A stretch of DNA of 64,000 nucleotides from an uncultured Acidobacteriota bacterium (GCA_963730995.1 CAVSUB010000004.1:552900-616899); one strand, 5' to 3'; numbered from the stretch's first letter, positions 37,121 through 47,008 are shown. Numbers and translations: made by a program. The notes: generated from the sequence alone by a model not told the origin.

Positions 37121-39961
37121 ATGAATCTTCGCGCGGGCCTCGCCATCGTCGCCCTCATCCTCACCACTGCCGCCCAAGACCTTTCGAGCCAATCAGCCCC
37201 AGCGACGGTACCAGGTGAGCGGAACTACACCCTCGAGGCGACCATGCTCGGCTTTCGAGGCGTCGGCGGAGCGATCGACGGCATCCGCAATCCAACGCTC
37301 ACAGCGCTGACGGGCGAGACCGTTCGCATCACCATCGTGAACGGCGAGCTCATGGTGCACGACATCGCGGTCGAGAAACTGAACGTCAAGAGCGCGCAGA
37401 TTCTCGACAAGGGCGTCAGCACCAGCATCACGTTCGTGGCGAAGGCGAACGACACATACTTCTGCACGGTGCCGGGTCATCGCGCGGCGGGCATGGAAGG
37501 GCGCATCGATGTGTCTGACGCCCCGCGCGTCCCACCTGAAGGTGAGTTGCCGGTCGCGAACGGGAAACCGCTCGATCTGGGCTTCGAGTCAGGCACGCTC
37601 GAGAACTGGACGGTCGAAGGCGACGCCTTTGCTGTCGTGAGCGGCCAGGCCGCTTCAGGAACCGGAGCATCGGTCAGCGGGCGGGCCGGGTCGTATTCGG
37701 TCAGCAGCATGGCGGGCGGGAACTCGCGTCGGGGCACGCTGTCGTCCACGCCGTTCCGCGTCAGCGCGCCCTACGCGAGCTTCCTGATCGCGGGCGGTGC
37801 CTTCGCAAGCACCCGGGTGGAGCTGGTCACCGCCGGCGACAACAAAGTGTTCTACACGATCTCCGGCGCCAACCACGACATGCTCCGGCCGGCGGTTGTC
37901 GATCTGTCCGGCTACGTCGGACGCGACATCTTCGTGCGCGTGGTGGACGACGAGACGGGGGCGCCGACCGCCGTGTATCTCAAGGAGAGCCCGTGGGCCC
38001 ACATCAACTTCGACAACTTCAGGTTCCACGCGTCGAAGCCGTACTTTCCGAACGAGATCACCCCGACCGAGACGGCGATCCTGCCGCCGATGGATCCGGT
38101 GCCGCACGCGGGCCTCTCACCAAAAGAGGCCGCAGCCGCCATGACCGTGCCGAAGGGTTTCACCGTCAAGCTCGCGGCGGCCGAGCCGGACGTCGTGCGG
38201 CCGATTGCCTTCACACTCGACGACCGCGGCAGGCTGTGGGTTGTCGAAGGACACACCTATCCGCTGCGCGCGCCGGAAGGCCAGGGTCAGGATCGGATTC
38301 TGATCCTGGAGGACACCAACGGCGACGGACGCCTCGACAGCCGGAAGGTGTTCATCGAGAACCTGAACCTAGTGAGCGGCATCGAGATCGGGTTCGGCGG
38401 CGTGTGGGTAGGCGCCTCACCGTATCTTCTGTTCATTCCTATCAAGGATGGCACGGACGTTCCGGCCGGACCTGCGCAGGTGATGCTCGACGGCTTCGGC
38501 TACGAAGACACGCACGAGACGCTCAATACGTTCACCTGGGGACCGGATGGATGGCTCTACGGAACCCACGGCGTCTTCACCCATTCGAACGTCGGCAAGC
38601 CCGGGACACCTGAATCGGAGCGCACGAAGCTCGACGCGGGCGTGTGGCGGTTCCACCCGACGAAGCACACGTTCGAGGTGTTCGCCGAGGGCACCAGCAA
38701 CCCGTGGGGCCTGGCATTCAACGACTACGGCCACGCCTTCGTGACGGCCTGCGTGATCGAGCATCTCTACCACATGATCCAGGGCGCGAGGTTCAAGCGG
38801 CAGGCGGGCGACCACGTTCAGCCGTACACGTACGACGACATCAAGACCATCGCGGATCACGTGCACTGGGTGGGACGTCAGGGGCCGCACGCAGGAAACA
38901 GCCGCTCGGCAGCCGCGGGGGGTGGTCACGCGCACGCCGGGGCGATGATCTATCTCGGCGGCGACGGCTGGCCGAAGGAGTACCGCGACACGATCCTGAT
39001 GAACAACATCCACGGGTTCCGCACCAACGCCGATCGGCTCACCAGACAGGGTTCCGGCTATGCCGCAGCGCACGGCCCCGACTTCCTGCTGGCGAACGAC
39101 TCGTGGAGCCAGATGATCAACTTCCGATACGGACCCGACGGATCCGTTCACGTCATCGACTGGTACGACAAGAACCAGTGCCACAGCACCAATCCCGATA
39201 TTCATCAGAAGACGCTCGGGCGCATCTTCAAGATCAGCTATCAGACGGACAAATGGGTGAAGGTCGACCTGACCAGGCTCTCGTCGGAGCGCCTGGTGGA
39301 GCTGCAGCTCAATCGGAACGACTGGTACGTTCAGCACGCGCGCCGCATCCTCCAGGAGCGCGGGCCGGATCCAACCGTGCACGCGCGCCTGAAGCAGATC
39401 CTGAGCGAGAACCCCGACGTCACCCGCAAGCTCCGCGCGCTCTGGGCCCTCCATGCCACCAACGGCCTCACCGAGCAGGATCTGCTGCAGCTGATGGGTC
39501 ACGAGAGCGAATACATCAGGAGCTGGGCAATCCAGCTGTCGCTCGAGGGACGACAAGCATCGGACGCGATGCTCGCGCAGTTCGCGAAAATGGCCAGGGA
39601 GGATCAGTCCCCGCTCGTGCGGCTCTATCTGGCCAGCGGACTCCAGCGCGTCCCGCTCGCGAAGCGCTGGAGCGTGCTCGAAGGACTCTTCGCGCACGCC
39701 GAGGACGCCAGCGATCCCAACCTGCCGTTGATGGTGTGGTACGCCGCTGAACCGGTCGTCGAGCTCGATATGCCGCGCGCGATGGGTCTCGCCGGTGACT
39801 CGAAGTTGCCGCGGCTCTTCTCGTTTGCCGTGCAGCGGGTCGGAGCACTCGGCTCGCAGGACGCCCTCCGCGCTCTCGCCGAGCGCCTCGGAAGCACGAC
39901 GGATCCCGCCCGGCAGAAGGATCTCGCCGGCGCGATCGTCCAGATCGTCGGACGTCAGTGA
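37121..39961 (+). CDS. secreted multidomain protein: cupredoxin, LamG-like beta-sandwich, PVC-type membrane-bound-dehydrogenase domain and HEAT repeats
   Basis: Type-1 copper ligand pattern MVHDIAV ... YFCTVPGHRAAGMEGRIDV. GFESGTLENWTVEGDAFAV follows. Next comes GLSPKEAAAAMTVPKGFTVKLAAAEPDVVRPIAFTLDDRGRLWVVEGHTYP...ILEDTNGDGRLD. The C-terminus has HEAT-like repeats. No CxxCH motif is present. Confidence 0.7.
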   Translation: MNLRAGLAIVALILTTAAQDLSSQSAPATVPGERNYTLEATMLGFRGVGGAIDGIRNPTLTALTGETVRITIVNGELMVHDIAVEKLNVKSAQILDKGVSTSITFVAKANDTYFCTVPGHRAAGMEGRIDVSDAPRVPPEGELPVANGKPLDLGFESGTLENWTVEGDAFAVVSGQAASGTGASVSGRAGSYSVSSMAGGNSRRGTLSSTPFRVSAPYASFLIAGGAFASTRVELVTAGDNKVFYTISGANHDMLRPAVVDLSGYVGRDIFVRVVDDETGAPTAVYLKESPWAHINFDNFRFHASKPYFPNEITPTETAILPPMDPVPHAGLSPKEAAAAMTVPKGFTVKLAAAEPDVVRPIAFTLDDRGRLWVVEGHTYPLRAPEGQGQDRILILEDTNGDGRLDSRKVFIENLNLVSGIEIGFGGVWVGASPYLLFIPIKDGTDVPAGPAQVMLDGFGYEDTHETLNTFTWGPDGWLYGTHGVFTHSNVGKPGTPESERTKLDAGVWRFHPTKHTFEVFAEGTSNPWGLAFNDYGHAFVTACVIEHLYHMIQGARFKRQAGDHVQPYTYDDIKTIADHVHWVGRQGPHAGNSRSAAAGGGHAHAGAMIYLGGDGWPKEYRDTILMNNIHGFRTNADRLTRQGSGYAAAHGPDFLLANDSWSQMINFRYGPDGSVHVIDWYDKNQCHSTNPDIHQKTLGRIFKISYQTDKWVKVDLTRLSSERLVELQLNRNDWYVQHARRILQERGPDPTVHARLKQILSENPDVTRKLRALWALHATNGLTEQDLLQLMGHESEYIRSWAIQLSLEGRQASDAMLAQFAKMAREDQSPLVRLYLASGLQRVPLAKRWSVLEGLFAHAEDASDPNLPLMVWYAAEPVVELDMPRAMGLAGDSKLPRLFSFAVQRVGALGSQDALRALAERLGSTTDPARQKDLAGAIVQIVGRQ

Positions 39962-40020
39962 TGGCGGATGCCGCCGAGGACAAAGTGCTGGTACCGGGCC
40001 AGTTTGGCTGCGCGCCCGGC

Positions 40021-40306
40021 ACGGAGGGGACGGAGAGAGCGGAGTTCACAACGGAGAAACGAAGAGAACGGGGGACGAACGGAGAAGAGGATGTGGTTCG
40101 ACTCGGCGGGTGGGCGTGACGCCGGCCGCGGCCGGCGTCCGAGTGGCGAGGGGTCGCGACGGACGCAAGTGGCCCTCGGCACCCACCCACTTGCGCCCGT
40201 CGCGCCCCTCGTCACTCGACCGCGCTCCGCGCGGTCACGCCCGCGGGGGCTGGGTCTTCTCCGTTTCGTCTTCGTTCGCTCCGTTGCTCCGTTGTGAACT
40301 CCGTTG
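40021..40306. repeat. ~285-nt compound palindromic element (nested inverted repeats)
   Basis: Outer arms 40039-40089 and 40254-40306 share GGAGTTCACAACGGAG and ACGGAGAAG. The central stem of about 31 bp pairs 40141-40172 with 40187-40217. There is a 22-nt perfect palindrome gacgccggccgcggccggcgtc at 40118-40139 and a hairpin gaccgcgc-tcc-gcgcggtc at 40218-40236. Confidence 0.8.
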
Positions 40307-40354
40307 CCTTCGCAACCTCCTGCTCGCGTCCGCCCCAGCTTCTCGGCAGTCGAT

Positions 40355-40585
40355 CTGACCACTACCCAGGTGCTCCAATGCTTGCCCGCTCTGCCACCCC
40401 GGAGTACACTCGTACGGTTCGAGGCTGGCGCGTCGCACCGCGGCCCGGAACCTGTGCAATTTCAGCCTGCGAACCGCGTCAGGGCCGGAAGGCAGCAGCG
40501 CTAAGCAGACACTGACATGTGCCGCAGGCCCTTCCGGGTCGCGGTGGGCCGCGCGAGCAGCGGGCCGGCCGATCCCGTCACAATC
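40355..40585 (+). ncRNA. ffs: signal recognition particle RNA (boundaries approximate; possibly the long, Alu-domain-containing type)
   Basis: GUCAGGGCC-GGAA-GGCAGCAGC at 40478-40499 matches the universal domain IV (E. coli 4.5S GUCAGGUCCGGAAGGAAGCAGC). Helix 5 extends by pairing 40421-40452 with 40531-40563. The RNA lies directly upstream of dnaX, as in Bacillus. Confidence 0.75.
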
Positions 40586-40605
40586 AGCGTTCAAGCCATC
40601 CAAAC

Positions 40606-42375
40606 GTGTCCAGTTATCAGGTCCTCGCTCGGAAGTGGCGTCCGCAGCGCTTCGACGACGTCATCGGTCAGCGCGGCGTGACGCAGACGTTGCGCAATGC
40701 GATCGCCGTCGGCCGCATCGCGCAGTCGTTCGTCTTCTCAGGGCCGCGCGGCGTTGGCAAGACCACCACCGCGCGCATCCTCGCGCGATGTCTCAACTGC
40801 GAGAAGGGCCCCACCGGCGACCCGTGCGGCCAGTGCGACGCCTGCGTCGAGATCGCGCAGGGCCGCGACATGGACGTGCTCGAGATTGACGCGGCCACGA
40901 ACACTCAGGTCGACAAGGTCCGCGAGGTGATCATCGCCGGCCTCGGGATGTCGCCCGTCCGCGACCGCTACAAGATCTTCATCATCGACGAGGTTCATCG
41001 ACTCTCTCCGCAGTCGTTCGACGCCCTCCTCAAGTCGATCGAAGAGCCGCCGCCACATGTCGTGTTCATGATGGCGACGACCGAGATCGAAAAGGTACCG
41101 CCCACCATCCAGTCGCGCTCCCAGGTCTTCGAGCTGAAGTCGATTGGCGTCAAGCCGATTGCGGATCAACTGCGCCGGATCTCGGACGCCGAGGGCATTC
41201 AGGTCGACGATGCCGCGTTGATGCTCGTGGCGCGCGCGGGCGACGGCAGCATGCGCGACGCGCAGAGCGCACTCGACCAGGTGATAGCCTTCGCGGGTCA
41301 GACGATTGTCTCCGAGGATGTCGCGACGGTCCTCGGCCTCGTCCGGCGCGACGTCGTTCTGGATATCGCCGATGCGGTGGCGCGGGAGGATGCCGCGACG
41401 ACGTTTCTACTGGCCGGCCACGCGGTCGAATCCGGCTACGACCTGCGGCTCGTCATCCGCGAGCTGGCGCGCCTCACGCGAGACCTGCTCGTGGTTTCGA
41501 TCGACGCCTCACGGGTGAACGATCCGGAGATTGCGGCCGACGGCGAGGGCGAGCGGCTCCGCGCCCTGGCGACGCAGTTCTCGGCAGAGGATCTGATGCG
41601 CGCCTTCGAGGTCCTGACGAAAGCTGAAGTCGACATCCGCGCGTCGATGCAGCCGCGCTACCACCTCGAGATGGCGCTCCTTCGCTGGATTCACCTGCGG
41701 AGGCTCGTGCCCCTTTCGAACCTGATTCATGGCCTCGACGCCCAGGCGCCTGCGGCGCCACGCACCGCTCCACAGGTCGCGAGACCCGCCGCTGGCGAGC
41801 CTCGGCTCTCGGCACCGATCACGCCTCGTCCGGCGCCGGCGGCGGCGGGGAATGCAGCGACGGTCCGAGCTGTCGAGGCACGCCGGGAGCAGGGGAAGGC
41901 GACCCCGTCGTCACCCGGGCTCATCGACAAGCCGCTGACGGTGCGAGCGCCGAACGAGCCAACACAGGGCACGCCAGCGGTGAGCGATCCAGCCGCCCTC
42001 AAGGCAGCCTTCCTCGCGGAAGTACAAAAGGCGAAGAAGTTCTTCTACGGAACGGTGATCGCCCAGGCGCATCACATCGACGTCGAACCCGATCGCATCG
42101 TCATCGCCTTTGCACCGCAGCACAAAGCACTGCGGGTGCAGGTCGATCCGGTCCGGCCGACGCTCGAAGACATTGCCTCGCGGCTGGCCGGCCGCCGCGT
42201 CGCCGTTGTCGCGACCGAGATTGCGTCGGCCGAACAGCCGGCGGAAGGGAAGCCGGGCGAACCCGTCGGTCAGGACCGGCAATCGCAGCTGCGTCAGCAG
42301 GCGCTCGCCGACAAGAGCGTTCAGGCGCTGCTGGACGTCTTCGGAACCGAAATCAAGGAAGTCGAAGAACGCTGA
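40606..42375 (+). CDS. dnaX: DNA polymerase III subunit gamma/tau
   Basis: A GTG start gives VSSYQVLARKWRPQRFDDVIGQ. GPRGVGKTT (Walker A), the CGQCDAC zinc module and the IFIIDEVH and SRSQ motifs are present. Confidence 0.9.
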   Translation: MSSYQVLARKWRPQRFDDVIGQRGVTQTLRNAIAVGRIAQSFVFSGPRGVGKTTTARILARCLNCEKGPTGDPCGQCDACVEIAQGRDMDVLEIDAATNTQVDKVREVIIAGLGMSPVRDRYKIFIIDEVHRLSPQSFDALLKSIEEPPPHVVFMMATTEIEKVPPTIQSRSQVFELKSIGVKPIADQLRRISDAEGIQVDDAALMLVARAGDGSMRDAQSALDQVIAFAGQTIVSEDVATVLGLVRRDVVLDIADAVAREDAATTFLLAGHAVESGYDLRLVIRELARLTRDLLVVSIDASRVNDPEIAADGEGERLRALATQFSAEDLMRAFEVLTKAEVDIRASMQPRYHLEMALLRWIHLRRLVPLSNLIHGLDAQAPAAPRTAPQVARPAAGEPRLSAPITPRPAPAAAGNAATVRAVEARREQGKATPSSPGLIDKPLTVRAPNEPTQGTPAVSDPAALKAAFLAEVQKAKKFFYGTVIAQAHHIDVEPDRIVIAFAPQHKALRVQVDPVRPTLEDIASRLAGRRVAVVATEIASAEQPAEGKPGEPVGQDRQSQLRQQALADKSVQALLDVFGTEIKEVEER

Positions 42376-42419
42376 TTCGGGTGTGGGCGGTGTGGCCGCC
42401 TGAGCGATAAGGATCACGA

Positions 42420-42719
42420 ATGAACATCCAGCAGATGATGAAACAGGCCCAGCAGATGCAGGAACGCATGCAGAAGCAGATGGCCGACATGCGGATCGAG
42501 GCGACGGCCGGCGGTGGCATGGTCACCGTGGTGATGAACGGATCGAAGCAGGTGCTCTCGCTGAAGATCGATCCGGAAGCCGTCTCGAAAGACGATGTGG
42601 AGATGCTTCAGGACCTGATTCTCGCGGCGATCAACGACGCGCAGCGCAAGGCCGACGAGGCGATGTCGCAGCAAATGAGCGGCATGATGGGCGGTATGAA
42701 GATCCCAGGCCTGTTCTGA
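42420..42719 (+). CDS. ybaB: YbaB/EbfC nucleoid-associated protein
   Basis: The 99-aa protein reads [21 protein letters not shown]...[11 protein letters not shown]. It occupies the conserved dnaX-ybaB-recR position. Confidence 0.9.
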   Translation: MNIQQMMKQAQQMQERMQKQMADMRIEATAGGGMVTVVMNGSKQVLSLKIDPEAVSKDDVEMLQDLILAAINDAQRKADEAMSQQMSGMMGGMKIPGLF

Positions 42720-43315
42720 TGTCGCGTCCTGATCCGCTGGGCAGGCTGATCGAGCAGCTGCAGCGCCTGCCGGGCATCGGGGCGAAAAGCGCGCAGCGGC
42801 TCGCCTTTCACATCCTCAAGACCCCGCGCGAGGAGGTCGAGCGTCTCTCCGACGCGATGCGGGAGGTCAAGGATCGCGTCAGCTACTGCTCGATCTGCAG
42901 CAACATCACCGACGCCGATCCCTGCTACTACTGCACGCACCCGTCGCGCGACCACCGCATCATTTGCGTCGTCGAGGAACCGGAAAACGTGACGGCGGTG
43001 GAGAAGACGCGCGACTTCAGGGGCGTCTATCACGTATTGATGGGCGCGCTGTCGCCTCTGCACGGCGTCGGCCCGGACGACTTGAAGATCAGGGGATTGC
43101 TGACGCGAGTCGCCGCCGGCGGCGTCGAGGAAGTCATCCTCGCGACAAATCCCAATGTCGAAGGGGAAGCGACCGCGATCTATCTGGCGAAGCTGCTGAA
43201 GCCCCTGGGCGTGCGCGTGACGCGTATCGCGATGGGCGTGCCCGTGGGCAGCGACCTCGAATATGCGGACGAGGTCACGATGCACAAGGCGATGGAGGGA
43301 CGGAGGGAGATCTAG
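42719..43315 (+). CDS. recR: recombination protein RecR
   Basis: [17 protein letters not shown] (HhH), the C4 zinc finger [16 protein letters not shown] and a Toprim block are present. Confidence 0.95.
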   Translation: MSRPDPLGRLIEQLQRLPGIGAKSAQRLAFHILKTPREEVERLSDAMREVKDRVSYCSICSNITDADPCYYCTHPSRDHRIICVVEEPENVTAVEKTRDFRGVYHVLMGALSPLHGVGPDDLKIRGLLTRVAAGGVEEVILATNPNVEGEATAIYLAKLLKPLGVRVTRIAMGVPVGSDLEYADEVTMHKAMEGRREI

Positions 43316-43317
43316 AC

Positions 43318-43527
43318 GGGACTCGGGATCCGGGATCAGGGATCAGGGATGCGGGAGAATCTCCCGTTGGATACATCGACAGAGTCCGCATTTTTACAGC
43401 CGCGGGGCCCCACCCCCGCGGCCACTCGGCGCTCGCTTCGCTCGAACCTGGTTACCGGCGACAGCCTGCTTTCAGTTGGGATTTCGAAGCTCTTACGGAT
43501 CCCTGATCACTGATCCCCGATCCCGAC
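43318..43527. repeat. inverted pair of heptamer arrays (GGGATCN)x6 ... (TGATCCC-type)x4 around a ~135-nt spacer
   Basis: Left array 43318-43359: gggactc gggatcc gggatca gggatca gggatgc gggagaa. Right array 43496-43527: cggatccctgatcactgatccccgatcccgac. The spacer holds the hairpin gccgcgggg-cccca-ccccgcggc. The element lies between convergent recR and the 43532 gene. Confidence 0.9.
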
Positions 43528-43531
43528 ATTA

Positions 43532-45844
43532 TCAGGCAGCTACCGCCTCCTCGTCCCCGAGCAGGTGTCGCAGCTTCAATACCAGGCTCACCCAGTAGAT
43601 GTTCGCGCCGATCGCGGCCAGCACGACGATCCCCGGCAGCGCGTAGATCAGGGCGAACGCCATGATGCCGTAAGGCATGGCTGCGCGCGTGGCGACGAAC
43701 GAGATCTTCCAGATGAGGCGTGACCAGCGTGTCGGCTCGGTCCTGAAGCGCGCCTTGGCGATCGCGTGGAGCCGCTCCGGCTGACCGGCGGTCAGGCGGC
43801 TGCGCAGGTAGATGAGCAGCCCGAACGTGAGGACCATACCTGCCAGCGCTGTCCCGCCGAGCCAGTAGAAAATCGCCCACTGGGTCTGTCGAACGGCGCC
43901 GATCGTGAGCCCGACGAAAATCGCGAGGTAGTAGGAGTAGTCGCCGACGGTCTCGATCCAGCATCCCAGCGCCGACTCCTGATATTTCAACCGGGCGATC
44001 TCGCCATCGCACCCGTCCAGGACGCTGGCGGCAAGCGACAGGAACCCGCCCAGGACGCCCGTCCAGTAGTGCCCGATGCTGAAGAGCCATGCCGCATAGA
44101 ACCCGATCGCGACGAGGATGACGGAGAGCTGGTTGGCCGTGAGCGGCGTCGGGATCAGCGTGATGCTGATTGGCAGCGAGATCCGGCGGTTGAAGCGTGC
44201 GACCCTGGCGTCGGTGTCCTTGTAGCTCGCGCGCCGGATCGTCTGTTCCGCCTCGCCGAGCTCGCCATCCGTCGTGATGCGCAGCGCCAGCCTGGCGCGA
44301 CCTGCCGCGACGTCCAGACCGGATGGCAGCGGCAGCGCACGAGTGCGCCTCTCGCGCAGTTCGGCAAGGATCCGCTCGCGATCGATCGCGACGGCCGCAG
44401 GTACGCGCAACACGCCGCTTTCGGGCCACTCAACTCCGGCCGGCACGTCGACCACGGCGTCGTTTCCACCATGCACGGGCACCGCGCGAGCGGCAGAGAG
44501 AAGGGCATGCGCCACGATGGTTCCGGGGCCAACGACAGAAACGGGCTCGGACGCGTCGAGCGCGCGAACGGCGGCCTGCCACTCGTCTTCATTCGTCGCC
44601 ACGGTGACGCGCCCGCCGAGGTCGCGGACGATCTTGCGCAGCCGTCTGGTCTCGCTCGAGCGGCACTCATTGGAGCTTGGCGCCCACGCCACGATTCGCG
44701 CATAGCCCGCCTTGAGGGACGCGCGTAGCACGCGCTCCGCCAGCGCCAGTCCCGCAAGCCGCGCCGACGGTTTCACCACGACGTCGTCGTCCTGCGGGAA
44801 ATAGAAGATCGTCGGATGGCGGTTCGAGCGCTTGTCGATGCCGTTGCTGGCGTCGGCGGTGATCTCCGTTCGTCGCGCACGCGGATAGATCGCAAGGCCG
44901 AGACCCGCCCAGAACAGGCCTCGCAAGCGTCGTGCGAGAGCGAGTGCGGCTCCGCCGCCCGCAGCGCCGACCGCGGCGGCAGCCGCGAGGCTCGAGGCTT
45001 CCAGCGCTCCAAGGTTGGCAGGGATGAAGGCCGATCCAAAGCTGGCGACCCGGGAGAATGTCTCCACCGCCAGCGCGCCGTTCAGCGTGATCGGCGTCGC
45101 CGTCGACCTCAGAATGACCCAGCACTCGAGCGCCATGCAGACGTACGCGCCGACGGTCGCGACGAGGAGAATCGCGAGGCGTTTCGGATTGCCGCGCACA
45201 AGTTCGAGCGTCTGGCGCTCAACGGCGGAGACGAATCGCGAAATCCTCCGCGACGACCACTGCGTACCCATCGTTTCGTCGAAGCGTCGAACCCAGGATT
45301 GAAAGTACGTGCCGTGGCCCGATACGACGATGGCGGTCATGACCGCGATGAGCCCGCCGGTAATCGCGAACGCACGGAAGACGCGGAACCAGACGGGCGT
45401 GAGCGGCAAGCCGATCAGCGCCAGCACAGATCCCACGCCGACGATGATCGTGGTGCCGACGAGATAGGCGAGGCGCTCGAGGGCGACAGCAGCCGTGGCT
45501 TCGCGCGGATCGATGGAGTCGGCGAGCAGCACGACCTTGAGCGGCTCACCGGCGATTCCGCGCAGCGTCAGATAGCTGAAAGCCTCCGCCGCCAGGCGCA
45601 CCCGCGCGAGTCGCAGGAAGCTGACCTTCAGCGGTCTCGGAAAGCACCAGGCCCACGCCCAGGTGCGCACGAGATGCCAGAGCCCGCTGACGACGAGTAC
45701 GAGCGGGAGGGCGATGCCGAGCTGACGGATCGTTCCGACGGCGAGCCTGAAGTTGATGTAGTAGAGGGTGACGAAGAAGAGAATGACGCCGATGCCGAGC
45801 GCGCCCCAGCGGACGAATCTCCTCTTCGCAGGCTCCGCGCTCAT
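43532..45844 (-). CDS. three-part fusion: flippase-like (LPG-synthase-TM/UPF0104) membrane domain, degenerate nucleotidyltransferase-like linker, CDP-alcohol phosphatidyltransferase
   Basis: The start MSAEPAKRRF overlaps the upstream stop (ATGA). About 330 aa are polytopic and resemble the protein of 47009..48040. The C-terminal motif is DGCDGEIAR-x8-GCWIETVGD, i.e. DxxDGxxAR...GxxxD/ExxxD. Confidence 0.7.
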   Translation of the reverse strand: MSAEPAKRRFVRWGALGIGVILFFVTLYYINFRLAVGTIRQLGIALPLVLVVSGLWHLVRTWAWAWCFPRPLKVSFLRLARVRLAAEAFSYLTLRGIAGEPLKVVLLADSIDPREATAAVALERLAYLVGTTIIVGVGSVLALIGLPLTPVWFRVFRAFAITGGLIAVMTAIVVSGHGTYFQSWVRRFDETMGTQWSSRRISRFVSAVERQTLELVRGNPKRLAILLVATVGAYVCMALECWVILRSTATPITLNGALAVETFSRVASFGSAFIPANLGALEASSLAAAAAVGAAGGGAALALARRLRGLFWAGLGLAIYPRARRTEITADASNGIDKRSNRHPTIFYFPQDDDVVVKPSARLAGLALAERVLRASLKAGYARIVAWAPSSNECRSSETRRLRKIVRDLGGRVTVATNEDEWQAAVRALDASEPVSVVGPGTIVAHALLSAARAVPVHGGNDAVVDVPAGVEWPESGVLRVPAAVAIDRERILAELRERRTRALPLPSGLDVAAGRARLALRITTDGELGEAEQTIRRASYKDTDARVARFNRRISLPISITLIPTPLTANQLSVILVAIGFYAAWLFSIGHYWTGVLGGFLSLAASVLDGCDGEIARLKYQESALGCWIETVGDYSYYLAIFVGLTIGAVRQTQWAIFYWLGGTALAGMVLTFGLLIYLRSRLTAGQPERLHAIAKARFRTEPTRWSRLIWKISFVATRAAMPYGIMAFALIYALPGIVVLAAIGANIYWVSLVLKLRHLLGDEEAVAA

Positions 45845-46653
45845 ACCGCCTCCGCCTGCCCACTCCAGCGCGCACACAACGCGCGCCGGGGGGCCCGGCG
45901 CGATGTCGTCAGCTGGGACTCGGCAGTCTCGAGGTCGGCCACGGTGTCGATGTCGAACCACGCCGCGCCGGCAACGTCGACCGCACGCATGGCGCCGCGC
46001 TGGGCCAGCCTGCGGATGCCGGCGCTGAGTGTCGTGTCGGCCTCGGCGACGGCGGAGTCCAGCGCGGGGAACAGTGATGGATCGCAGACGAACAGGCCGG
46101 TGTCGAGCGCGTCGTATCGGCCGAGCTCCTTGCCGATTGCCGTGATGCGATTTCCGGACAGCCGAACTTTTGTCGCTTCCGCGGCCAGGTCTGGATCGGC
46201 GAGCGAAGAGTCGACGGCGAGCAGCGACTCACCAGGCTGCGCCGGCGTGCGGAGCAGCCTCGAGAGCACCGATGCGTCGAACAGGTGGTCCCCCATCAGA
46301 AGCGCGAAGCGCCGATCCCGGAGAGTTCTGCGCGCAGCGAGAACCGACAGCCCGTTCTCCAGCTGCCAGTCGGGATTGTAGAGAAAGTTCACGAGGGCGC
46401 CGGCCGGGACATTGGCTTCGACGAGGGCGCGCAACGTGCGCGCGCGGTAGCCGAGCACGATGTGAAACGTGTGGATCCCTGCCTCGCGCGCCGTGTGCAG
46501 CGTTCGAAGTATCAGCGGCTGGCCCAGAACAGGCTGCAGGAGCTTTGATTCAGACGATCCGTTCTTGAAGCGATCTCCGTTGCCGGCGGCGAGCACAAGC
46601 GCGTCTCGAACGGTTCGGGTGGCGGCTGCCGGGATATGCGGGATGACGTTCAC
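45841..46653 (-). CDS. sugar/alcohol-phosphate nucleotidyl(cytidylyl)transferase
   Basis: LVLAAGNGDRF (GxGxR motif), ...LLMGDHLF... and ...YDALDTGLF. The start is taken as GTG 46653; the alternative is ATG 46827. Confidence 0.7.
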   Translation of the reverse strand: MNVIPHIPAAATRTVRDALVLAAGNGDRFKNGSSESKLLQPVLGQPLILRTLHTAREAGIHTFHIVLGYRARTLRALVEANVPAGALVNFLYNPDWQLENGLSVLAARRTLRDRRFALLMGDHLFDASVLSRLLRTPAQPGESLLAVDSSLADPDLAAEATKVRLSGNRITAIGKELGRYDALDTGLFVCDPSLFPALDSAVAEADTTLSAGIRRLAQRGAMRAVDVAGAAWFDIDTVADLETAESQLTTSRRAPRRALCARWSGQAEAV

Positions 46654-47008
46654 GGTGACCTCGTCTTGGCGATCGCACGCAGGAGCGAGGTCGGATACCG
46701 CCCCGAACGTTGCAGTCCTGTTGAACGAAACTGACGGGCCGGCACGCGCCGCAACCCTCCTCAAAGCAATTGGACGCGCGGCATGCTTGTAAGGGTGCAG
46801 CGAAGCCCGCGTAGGGCGGAGCGACACAAGCAGAGCCGCTGTCGACCTGCGGCACTATCGAGGGCGTAGAAACGCTGCGCCGAGGCTCACACCGGCGACG
46901 AAAGTGGGGATGCAACAGTGTGGCCGGTAGGTCGTCGTCCTCGACGAGACAACACGTGGGGCTACGAAGCAGTCGGACGGGAAGCGCTCAGCTGTCGGCC
47001 AGCCTGTT

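Noticed and set aside
40606-42375. Programmed ribosomal frameshift site in dnaX (gamma subunit production)
   Set aside because: I found no A-rich slippery heptamer with a downstream hairpin when reading the gene. There is nothing to support the call.
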